Below, piece by piece: positions 25,301 through 37,300 of a stretch of 64,000 bases of DNA. The notes beneath the pieces are model-generated. The model worked only from the letters and a program-made list of their open reading frames with translations, was not told the DNA's origin and searched no databases. Within the stretch, counting starts at the first letter, position 1. Every line of letters starts with the position of its first letter. The position numbers and the translations under genes are program-made. The DNA comes from Phoronis australis (lineage: Eukaryota > Animalia > Phoronida): NCBI GenBank assembly GCA_002633005.1, contig NMRA01000106.1, forward strand, positions 787,655-851,654. Direction: 5' to 3'.

Positions 25301-28300
25301 GTTTTGTGGTCAAGGTTAATTGTTTTAATTTAAGACTGATGATATAGTTTCCTGACATTATTTCAGACTGTCTCGTACTTAAAGGAAAAATTAATGATTC
25401 TTAACATTTTTTAGACCCTGTCAGAATTGAAGAATTTCATGATAGTCCAGGGAGAGCCTTCAAAGAATCGGCAGAAACTGCTACGAAATCTCAGGGTATG
25501 TATTAACTTTTTGTGGCAACATGTATGCTAAACCATTGTACACTCTTTTGGATTGCCTGGTAAATTTTGTTTTAAAAACGAAGATATTATAACATAAAGC
25601 TTCTGTTGCATGCTTGTTATTTTATGTGGAGCACTTGATTTTTTTAAATTTTGACTTGAATTTCATCTATGCACAAATTTTTCGAGATTCTACGTGGAGT
25701 ACTTATTATTAATTTTGTTTTCAATTTTCTATTTCTGTGTATTTGTTTTATTTACATTTCGAATGTCTAATTCTGACTCCCATGTCTTCAAATAAAACAC
25801 TGAATTACTAACTAAGATTTTTTTTCAATCCTTTCTTCCATTGTAGATTGTGGAATTATTAGTTCAGTTGTTACAACTGCGTTACCGCGGTAACAGTGAT
25901 GCACATCACATGATCAACATCTTTGTCGAGGCCTACGATACCTTGTACGCTTATTTGATGGGTGACAGCCGTAAAAATGAACTGTATATTGCCAAGCATA
26001 TTCCGTTTTTCCAAGCTCAAATCGAATATGCGGTAAGTAAATATAAATTGTTTTCTTTGCTGAATGTTTGAACCATTGATTTACCTTAAAGCCTGACAAG
26101 CTTAGCCAGTTCAGGCTTGCATGTACATTTTAATCTCTGCACACTCTGCATTCTCTGAATACCAGTTTGTTTTATGGAATTTTGGAAAGAAATGCATTGC
26201 TGATTTCAGCCCAGTTTTAAGTTGATTTTTACTCATTTTTGATTAAAGAAAAGAATGCGTAAAATAAAAACCATTACATTACAGCATCTAATTGAAAAAC
26301 TTTAAGTCCTAGAACTACTCAACTTTTTTGCTGAAGTTGCTGTTTGATTGTCATGCTTTGTTTTTTATTGAACTAGAATTTGATTCAAGCTTCCTTCGTG
26401 TAATTTATTAGTCACGAAAAACAAACCTTACGAGATTTGTTATGATCTGTCCCAGGGTGCTGTTGGTGTCAATGCTGCTCACATGGTTATGGAGCTGATC
26501 AAGGACAACAGAAAAATTGTGGACCGCATCACTCACAGTCATATTGACAGCTTTGTTAAACTATTGGGCTCAGATAAGGTACTGTCATTTTAGTTTAGTT
26601 TAAGGTAATATAGGGACCTAGAAAAATGTTTAGTTTTGGCCAACTGTGAAACATCATATCTCAGAAGGGGCTGATCGATTTCACATGGAACTTTCAGACA
26701 TTATGCCTTATGCAATGTGCTCCAAAATGCTGTTATAATAGGAATTGTTTTTAAAATGTTCCACTTTTGCATGAGAGAATATAAGAAAATAGGAGTTAAT
26801 GATTTTTACGAAAACGAAACTATAATTTGGAAAACTGTACCAGAGTTTTTGAGATTTTATCTTGAACATTAAATTATGCAAAATTTGGTCATGTTATTGA
26901 TCCTGTTGTTTTGCCATGAACACACTTTTCTTTTTTGCTAAATTTTACTAAAAAGCATGGTCACGTGAGGTTGTTAAGGCAGATAGTTATAAAGTCAACA
27001 ATCACATTTTATGGTATTTCTGCTTTTTAGAAAATATATACTTTTGGTCTCAAAATTGAATTACATATTTTTATACATATACATACTTGTCAGTAAGGTT
27101 GTACGTAATCTCAAGAGGTGTTCTTATTTTCTTAAATTTTGTAAAAATAAACGTGAGAGACTTTGTTTTGTTGCTGCTTGCTTTTCATTTAAAAGTGGAA
27201 TGGAGAGCATGATGAACTGTTGCATCAAAAGTGTTAGCAAGTTAGTGCATCACTGTTTTACGAATTTTGATTTTTAAATTTTAAAGTTATTTCTTTACCC
27301 ATCATTTCAGTGTTTTTATTTCATTTCATATTCCAGAACTATCGTTATCTGGACCTACTCACAGTGTTGTGTGTATGCGACGGAGTCTCCATTCCAGACA
27401 ATCAGACGTACATTACTAAGAAATGGCTGGAAAGTGGCAAGGTAATGGCTGTACTATTTCACCGGTGTTAGGTATTTGTAAAAGTTAACTATTGTAATGG
27501 GTTCCATTTAAATGATGATTAAATAAAGATCCTTTTTGGAACCAAAAAACCGTTACCTTGAGGCAGTCTGTGTACAGCCGTTTCGTCCAACTTGAGGATT
27601 CAAGTCCACAGATAACGTTTGAACAGAGGTTTGGACTTGATCTCCCTGCAGTGTATTCAGACCTGTTATGGGATTCCCCTCGACATTAGGGAATCTCCCC
27701 TGGTTTTTTTATTCCACATCAAAAGAGGGTGCACCTGATGATGAACCAAGTCCGTGAGAAACGGACGAAATGCCTGTACACCAATGACGGCTTTTCGTTT
27801 CCAAAAGGGATCTTTATTTAATGTTATCAATAATTAACATTGATTGGTGAGTGATATTAGATCGCATTTCTCCAATGTTTGTTTATTTTGCGAGTACTCA
27901 GCATAGTAAGTCACCGTTGTCTTGATAACCATAAGACATTGGTTGACTTTATAACCAATGACACTAATTACTCCACCTGCAGTCAGGTGTTGCTCTCTTG
28001 ATAAAGTAAATTTTGAAAAATGTATCGAGATTAATAGATAAGTTTTTATTCACACTAGATGATTCTTTTTGTAGAATGAATTAAGAAATTATTATTAAGT
28101 TTGTGTTTGAAGTAATTTTTAATTTCACAGTTGTAATGCTCAGTAATGAAAAAGGAAAGAGTGAAGGATCTGTTATTTTCTCTATTTTTATTTCCAGAGT
28201 GCTGTTTTCTATACTGACCTGGGTCAAAAGTTACAAAAAGACCCGGCACTTAAATCGAAGGCGTCCATGTTTGAGTCCAATGTTGTCTACGTTTGTACGA

Positions 28301-31300
28301 ACAATAGCAAGCAACGCCATTGGGTAGCTTTGCACGATTTTGCTCAAGAGGTAAGTTTTGTTGTTTGTGATTGTTGATGCACACATAGTAGTAAGAGTTA
28401 AGGGTATGGATGACCTTACTGTCAGCTCAAATATCTCACTAATCATGAATTTTAATTTGGTAAAGTTATACATTTTCTGAATGTAGAAAGCATGTACAAT
28501 TTGAATTTTGATTATTTCCAATATGTCATTAATTGGATCATATGACCATGTCTTTTTAGCAAAATGTAGCAAAAAGAAAGGTTCAGTAATTGCTAAACAA
28601 CTGTATCAATAAGTGAAATTTTATTCAATATAAATGTTCAAGATATAAGAAAAACGCTTTAACAATTTTCTAAAGTATCTTTTTGTATTTATTCATTTCA
28701 TGCAACTTTTTATGAAAATGATAGAAGTCTTATTTTTTGATAGTCCTTATGCTAAAGTGGAACATATTGAAAACAATTCCAATTTGAGAAAAAAAGTGCA
28801 TAATGCACAGAATGGGACAGTTTCATATAAATGCAATCAGCAATTATAGATGTTCCGAAGTTAGCCTAATTTAGACAGTTTTGTAGGGTGTTTCATAACC
28901 TTAATGTTTTTAAGTGTTTTGGTGTGTACAAGGTACGCTTAAATGCACATTTTGACTTTGCACTATTGAGAGCTGTAAAGGATGTCTTTGGTGCTTGGCA
29001 CAATCTAGCCTTGCTTTTATTTAGTAATTGACCTATCGTCAAGACTTTGAGTGACGTCTTAAGAGACCAATCAGAATGCAACATTCTTGACACATGCCAT
29101 TTTACCCAACAAACAACACGTTGCCGCGTAAAACTTATCGTTTGTTTGTCGACAGTTCGCAAGGAGGCGGAGCTTGCAATAGGTCAATTGGCACAATCTA
29201 GCATTGCTATTATTTAGTACTTGGCACAATCTAGCCTTGCTATTATTTAGTGCTTTACACAATCTATCATTCCCATTATTTAGGGCTTGGTGTATGTGAA
29301 TAAAGGTCTCACGTGAATAAGTTGTGTATCATGCATCAGTTGACTTCACATTGCAGTTTGTTAAAAAATCTTAACCAGAGCCTTTGAGGAAGTAATCAAC
29401 AACTTCATGGCCCTAATTGTTCAACCAATTGAGGTATAAGATGTTGCAAAAATAGATACCAGTTGGTGTATTTGTAAACAATGTCCTGTTTGTCTGGACA
29501 ATGTTCTGTTTGTCTGGACAATGCCTGTTCCATGTGACTGTAACAAAGTTAGTTCAGACGTTTTTCTGTGCTTCAGTCTTTCATAAGGATGGAACTTGCT
29601 GCATCAAGTACTCCAACATCGGCAAAACATAGTAAACCATCCAACGTGGTCACAAGTAAAATAACCATGGATGTAAGAGCTCATTTGCTCATACTCTTGT
29701 TTGGAGTTTCCTCACGTAACATTCTATTTCGCAGTTAGTTAAAGAAATTTTAGTGATTTCTACCTGATGGGTCAAGTAAATTTTGGATAGTTTCTAATAT
29801 CTAAAGGAATGCAGTTTTAATGAATTGAAATTAATTCACTAGCAGGAGCTTGCTTTTGTTTATCAAGGCGGCTACTAAACAGGCTTCCATCCTAGAACAA
29901 AACTTGTGATTTGGATCACTTACCAGGGTGTGATTGGTGTCAACTCGTTCGTTACTCAAATGAGAAGCGATTTCTGAGTTTGCAAAGAAGTGACAGTTCG
30001 TTGTTTGTTGACACCATGCTCGGTGCATAACTTGACACGCTGTAACAAGTTAAATTGTTGAACCTGGTCTCAAGTAATAATGAACTGTCAATTCTTTCAA
30101 ATCCCTAAAACCCCGTACAATTTGACTGAGGAACTTTTTTAAGACTGATTTATAGAGGTAGGTGGTCTAAATCATTAGTTTTTGTGGTGGAAGACGGGTT
30201 TATACAGTCATGCTTTAAGTTCCTGTTTCTAGTAAGACCATTGTCAGGCAAGCCTTGAATTGAAATTTTCCTCCTTCAAAATGTTTGCTTTTCCCATCAG
30301 AAAATGGTTTACGTCTTATTAAAAATGTGTCTTCATAGAAGTGTTCTTTGAGGATATGATGCTGGTTTCCTTTGGCTACCAATAGATGTCCTCGCTGTAA
30401 CCAGTCTGTTACATTTTTCCTATGGTTAATGTTTATCAAAATTGCAGTATGTTGCAAATTCTGTTTGATAATCACATGGTACACTGAATTTATGTTGTGG
30501 TACTGAAGTATTGTTTCTTTCTAAGACTTGCTCCTTGGGACTTTTTAAACATCTCTTCTTATGACTAGTCTTCTCTTGTGTAAATGTGCTTTCTTGTAAT
30601 TTTTTATTGCTGTTTTAAACATTTTTTTCTGTATGCTGAATTGCTATGCTTCACTGTTGTGTGTATTTTGTGCATTCTTGGTTTTAATTGAAATATACTT
30701 GTTATTAATTGTTTTTATTATTTCATTTTTAAACATAAAATCATTCAAGGGCTTATTTTTTCAAAGTCCATCCGCTAATTTGCAGACACATTATTGTGAA
30801 AAATGACTTTACAGTTATATTAGAGCAATAGTCTTTATGCTGTAATACTAGTAGTATTTGCCTGCTTAGTATCATTATTTGTTTATCATATAATTGTTCA
30901 CGAAATATAATTTGTTTCAGATTGAAATTAAAGCACACACACACACGCACACACACACACACACACAATATGACTTATGTGGATGTAGAATATTTTCATT
31001 TGCTCTGTCTGTCTTATTTTTTATTTGCAACTGTTTTATTTTACTGAAGTGCTGAGTGAATATGCTGAGTCTACTTGATGTGAATTTTGTGTCTGTGACA
31101 CTCAAGTCTACTATCACATACTGATGTTTTTGTTTTCTAATTTTTTCTTTTTGAATTTGTAGAAAGCAGGCAAAGAAGATGAAGAATTCATGTTTTTGAC
31201 CCACCAACTGGACTTGTTCCAGAAGCTGTGTTATGTAAGTGTGATTAATTGACATGAAATTTAAACGTGGCGGATTTTATAGGAAGTGGCTGGAAGTTGA

Positions 31301-34300
31301 AAATAATTGAGGGGACTCAAACATTTTTAACCTCATATGTCTGATCTTGAGTTGCCATTGCTTGCTCTACACTTCCTACAGCCCAGGAATAGTGCTTAAA
31401 GGACCAGCTAGTGGCAACAATTTGTGGATTATCTCAAGCGGTGTTTTGATTACTAAATCTGCTTTCTCTGTAAATCACTGCCTTGTTTGGTGGAAAATTC
31501 TTTTAAAATAATTGTCAATAGTAATTCAAGATCAAATGTCTTACCTGCCATCAGATGTCAAGATTTTCCTCTTTCTCAAGGGTATTGTTGTCACACCCCT
31601 CTGGGAATGTTAGGTCGGACTTTTAATGGCAGGTTTTTTATTAATACAAATCTTAATTGAATGATTATCTCATTATTTCAGGGGAGGAATAACTATGCTA
31701 TTGATGTGATCACAAAGAAGCTTGGCTACCTCACATGGGAGGAAGCATTCCTCTGTCTTACCAATGAACAACTTCCTGATGAACTGAGAGCCAAGTATTG
31801 CTCCCTTATCATTGGTGAGTTTATATTTCATTTACGTATTGCCAGCTTTCCATTGGTGAGTTGAGAAGTCATTTACATATTTGCAATCTGTTATTGGTGA
31901 GTTTACAGCTCGTTTGCATACTGCCAGCTTAGTTCTGGTGAGTCCAGAAAGCTGAGTTATATATTTTCAGAGGCTCATTCAGTGACATTAAAAATCTTGG
32001 CTAAAACAGTAGAATTATTAGTGTTCCAGGTGCAACATACCAATTTTAGCCCTTAATTCATCAGTGGAGCGTAGCCGTCCAGTCTGAATCATTTTCAGTA
32101 GTAGCCACTTTGCTAGGGAGGACTGGAGTTACATGAACGTGATGCTGTGTGATTTTGCGTGATCTCATCAAACTTGTAAGACACTTGCCTTTTCGATCAC
32201 ACCCTATCTTATTGTAGTGTTATGTTACCAGTGTGATGTCATATTGTAGTGTTATGTTACCAGTGTGATGTCATATTGTAGTGTTATGTTACCAGTGTGA
32301 TGTCATATTGTCATGTTATGTTACCAGTGTGATGTAATATTGTAGTGTTATGTTACCAGTGTGATGTCATATTGTCATGTTATGTTACTAGTGTGATGTC
32401 ATATTGTTGTGTTATATTACCAGTGTGATGCCATATTGTCTTGTTATGTTACCAGTGTGATGTCATATTCTTCCCTTCAGGTATGTTTGTGGATGTTGGA
32501 GTCAACACCTCCATTCTTGACCACATTAATTTAACCTACATCTACGAGGACATACAGACTGGGCCTGCTGGGGGCATTGAGAACCGCATGATGGAAGCAG
32601 ATCAGGTGAGGAGACATAGTGCATATTGTATGTAGGGAGGGATTGGTTGACTTTAATGATTGCTTTTATGGGTTGATGTTCATGAAAAGGCCAGTAACCC
32701 AACTTAGGACTGTCTAGCAACTGTCATTTGTTTGCAATTTGTTGACTCTGAGAAAAGTACATTTTGATCTGAATTTAAGAGCAAACAAAGCTTGGTTTCA
32801 CATTATCTGAATTGGATTGTGATGAGAGCTTGAAATTTATCCTCTATGCCATTTTTCGAAGGTGTGGACAAATGTTACTCAGTCTATATAGTTACTGTGT
32901 TGCTGAGTAGAATGACGTAAAATATTGCCAACTGTCGTTGTGATTAATATCTGTTTGAACTGTTTGACAATTAATTTCCTTTTAGCAAACTCCTCGAAGC
33001 TCTGAAACAATGGCGTACTTCCCACAGTTAAGTGATTGGATTGCTGGCTTCCTGGATTCTAATAAGGACATGACGGCAGCCTTGATTGGTCATAACATGC
33101 TCGTTGAACAGGTAAGCACAAAGCCAAGCGCAAAGACACACCCATTGCACAAGTATGCAGGTGATTAACATCGTCTTTAACTTGAGATATTGCGAGGATT
33201 TAGACTTTACTCTACACCTCCTGCTTTTGAAGATGTGTCAATATGAGTTGAAACAATTATTCTGAGATAAATTAACTAACTAAAAACATAGGAGAACTGA
33301 ATTCTTGATTATCTTGTGGAAAATTAGACATTAGAAAATTTCTATTTGTTGCCAGATAGTGAATCAGTGCATGAGGAAGGCAGCTCTTTCAATATGCTTG
33401 TTTTGAACAAGTTTGCTATTTGCAGGTGTTGCGACTGGTTCACTACCTGGTTAAATATGGTTACTATGGAAAGACAGAGGACATCAAGAAACTGCTTCCT
33501 CCGTTACTAAGTTTGTTGGATGGAAGAAATGACAAGCCATACCCCAGAACTGGCCGTGAAGGTGAGAGCTTATACCTGAAATTATGCCTTGTCATAAATG
33601 TGCGTGATTGTTTTTCATTATTGTAATTCAAATACTTAAAATAAAATGGATGTGGTAGATATTTTATGATGTTTTAGAAAAAACGTTTAAGTGGAAGCCA
33701 GTTTTCAACATGGGTGCCACTAACCATGCAAACTTCTCCTGTCTATAATGCTCATTTATCATTTTGCTTGTTTTTAGGCCCAGAGTTTCAGCAAGTACTG
33801 AACCACTACCGTACAGTGGGCAGATATCAACAGTCACCAGAAACCAAAGCAATAGTGGATGCCAAGCACCAAGCCATGGAGGTTTTGGATCTGTTTCTCA
33901 ACTTCAGATTCAACACAAGGCTTGAGGTATGTCAGTCATGAGTGACTATGTGTGCATTGCGTAGTACTTACATGCATGCTTTGTAGCCCTACACACATGC
34001 ACACATGCCACGCTTGCATATCAAATACAGTTTATACAATCTACATGAAGACATACACACATAAATACATGCATACACACACCTCATATCATAACATAAG
34101 TTTTCAAATCATCTTTTTCATTATAAAATCAGAATGTCAATTTATACAAAGTCTTTTTGGAGCTTAGCAATTGTGTGCAGTGCCTCAGGCTAGTTGATAT
34201 GAAATTCTGTAATCAGTGATTTTTGTTGAAGAGCTTTCAAAGTGGTGGTTTAGACTGTTTGGTCATTTGACCTTGTGGCATGTTGGTACATAATTATATG

Positions 34301-37300
34301 CATTTCAATTCTAATAGTTCAGTTGTTGGTGAAATTGTCATGGCATGGTTTTAAAAAATCAATCCTTTCTCATGGAATGAGACTCTGGTTGCAGATCAAG
34401 CTGTATTGTTTTCAAACATCAGTCATACTGCATTATCTGTGTTACTTTGTTGACAGCGTTTTGTGAGCATGTTTAAAGAAGTCCACCACCAAGCCCAGCA
34501 GGGTGTGTCCACTCCCGACACTGCCCACCTGTTGTATGGCACTTATGAACTGGACACCATACCGCAGTAAGTGGATGTTAACAATGAGTGATAACGAGGT
34601 TGAAAGGTCAACAAATGTTGTGCAAAGGTTATTGTCATTGGTCACTTAATGCTGGAGAGATCACAGGATTTTAGTATTATAAAGATAAAAAAATGCTGGA
34701 TTGGATGCCAGAACTAAGTAATAATGAACTTTTCCTTTTGGAATTGTTGAGAAGTTGTAGGACGTTGAATTCAATTTTGATTTGCCTTTCATGATTTATA
34801 GTTGGAAATTGTATCACTGAGTGGTAAGATGTGTGGTTTTTAGGATGTGACAGTCGTATTCTGACACCTGGATCTATAATCTGTACCCAATCTATTGCAC
34901 CTTGTTTTTATGCTCATCATGTTAAGGATTAATTTCTTTGTCAGCCAAGTAACAAAGCAAATTATCTAGGCTATGGAGATGTAAACTTTACTGTGAGACA
35001 GTAAATGATTTCTTTGCTTAATTTCAGTGCTGATAAAGCTGCTCTCAGAACACTGACAGACATATTTGAGGAGTCCAACTATTTCAAGGGTTTGGCATTA
35101 GAGGATATTTTGGTGGTAAGTTTCAATGTTTCAATATTTTTTCAATGTCTTTGTTATGCAATACATACGATGGCAAGGATCAAAAAGCATTTATTTTAGA
35201 GTTCTTATAATTCTTTTTTAGAGTTGACTATTGTGGAAATCCTCACTCTTGTCCATTATTAATATTATAACTTCACTCAGACAAACATTTTTACTGTGTC
35301 TCTAGTTTGCACATGCTTAGTTCCTGGCATTTTGAAAAGTTCAAAATCTGCTTTTAATTAGGTTATTTCGTCAGTAGTTTGCAGAGTGCTGATGTTTATA
35401 ATATTTTTAGCCTTGAAAGTCAGCGCTCCTATTGGCCAGTCTGCCATTTTGGAACAGGGACTATGATTCACCTTTTACATTGCCACTCCTTTTTAAAAGT
35501 AACTTCACTAAAGAGCAGTCAAATTATCATAGAACAGAATTGTTACATAATTTCCATGAACTACTCCTTTCAGGACTTATCCCAGTACCAATACAATAAG
35601 ATGATTACCCAGTCGATGGCGCTGTTAAACAGGTTTTATTCAGCCCATGATAACTTGTTCAAAAGAGCCGTGCAGGCACAGGTGAGAGAGACAGAAACAT
35701 AAAATCATTCTCTTCAATCAGCGCTTCACGCAGTGGCAACATATTCTGCACTCATATTTCAAGATTTAGACTCCTAAAAAGTGACGATGAAAAAAGAAAA
35801 CGAATGAGGCCAATTTCCTACTCATATTTTACATTTTTACTTTATGAATGTATTTTCAAGTGTTAACTCTGTCAAGTCATCCCCTCCTTGTAATGGAAAA
35901 TTTTTACCATTCATTAATTACCTAGTCACATCTTCAGTGTGTAGTGTATTGTAGTGATACAGGTTTGTGAAACATAATGTATAAGTTGTTGGCAATTTCT
36001 TGCAGGCAGCAAACATACTTTTCTTATGTCTGCAATCTGCACTCCTTTGATCGAGGCAAATTGAATCTGTGACTCTGATTTACTGATCTATAGTTTAATT
36101 TAAATTTCATTGTTTTGTAAGTTTTAATGATTTTTTTGTTTTGTCATTTTGTGTCAATTTGTTTTTAACGAATTAAAATGATCACTATTTGTTCATGGTA
36201 AATGTCCGCATTATGCGGGAATTGAAAGCTTTGTTGCTTTCAATAGTTTCCATGCAAAGGGCATAGCCATCAGTTGGATAGGTTGCTTGTTTTTGACAAA
36301 CTGGATATTTCCTTGCTGGATGCTCTTGCCCGTAGCATTATAATGTTGACCTGTTTTTCAGGTTCTTGTGACGGATACGTCATGTGCAGTACTGGGGGAG
36401 CTCCGTAGAATGCTGCCAAATCTCCGTCGATTGGCTGGCAGCAAGCTGAATGATGAGCAGGCCAAGGACATGGCATATATCCTGGATAAAATGAATAGGT
36501 GTGTGCCGTGAGACTTGTTACCTTGGTATAGGTGTTGAGAAGCAATAAGATATTGATCTTAAAGAGCATACCATCACTTGCCATGCATCTTAGTATTGAC
36601 AAAATGGACACAATTTTAATGCAATATAGAGCTATAAAAGTCCTGATTTTTAAGTGAGTTTCTTAAAATTTCTCCCAAAACATTCATGGCATAAGACTGC
36701 TTCAGAAATTTCTGGCGTTGATAGCATTCTGTAAGTTGTTGGCTTTGTTACGTGATATGTTGTCTGCTTCTCTTTCCAGTTTTTGTTGTCTGGCGGATGA
36801 GCCGCAGGAGCCTCACCCGATGGGCCAAAGCATATTGTACAATCACGAGATACTCTCTGATATATTTGATATTATATCACAGGATATTGACATTAGGTTA
36901 CTGGTGAGTATGTTACTGATATTTTGCCACCTAATTTCTTGTAACTCTAAATCTTCCAAAAGTTAAAAGCCCCGGAGTTGATTTTTTTCCAGTTTGTGCA
37001 CTTGACCCTTACTTGCACTTCTTTTTACTTGGACAAAATCACAATCCTGCAGATCTGATTTCTCTGCGTTTTACTGTAAAAATTTTTGCATGCAGAACTA
37101 CACTATTGTATTCAAATTTATTCCTTTGTAAGTTTTTGTACGTTTACTTAAAAACGACTTGTTTTAGTTATTTATAGGCATGTTATAAAATGCTCATCAT
37201 ACATTTAACTGTTGTCCCAAATCACCAGAGTGCACTGTAGCGCCATCTGTTGTAGGATCAATACCGCGGTGTGCAGATGATCTTCCAGAAGTGCTTCCAG

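Noticed and set aside
32211-32469. CRISPR-like 32-bp repeat array
   Set aside because: Units are contiguous with no unique spacers, lie in a eukaryotic intron, and have no cas genes nearby. It is a minisatellite.
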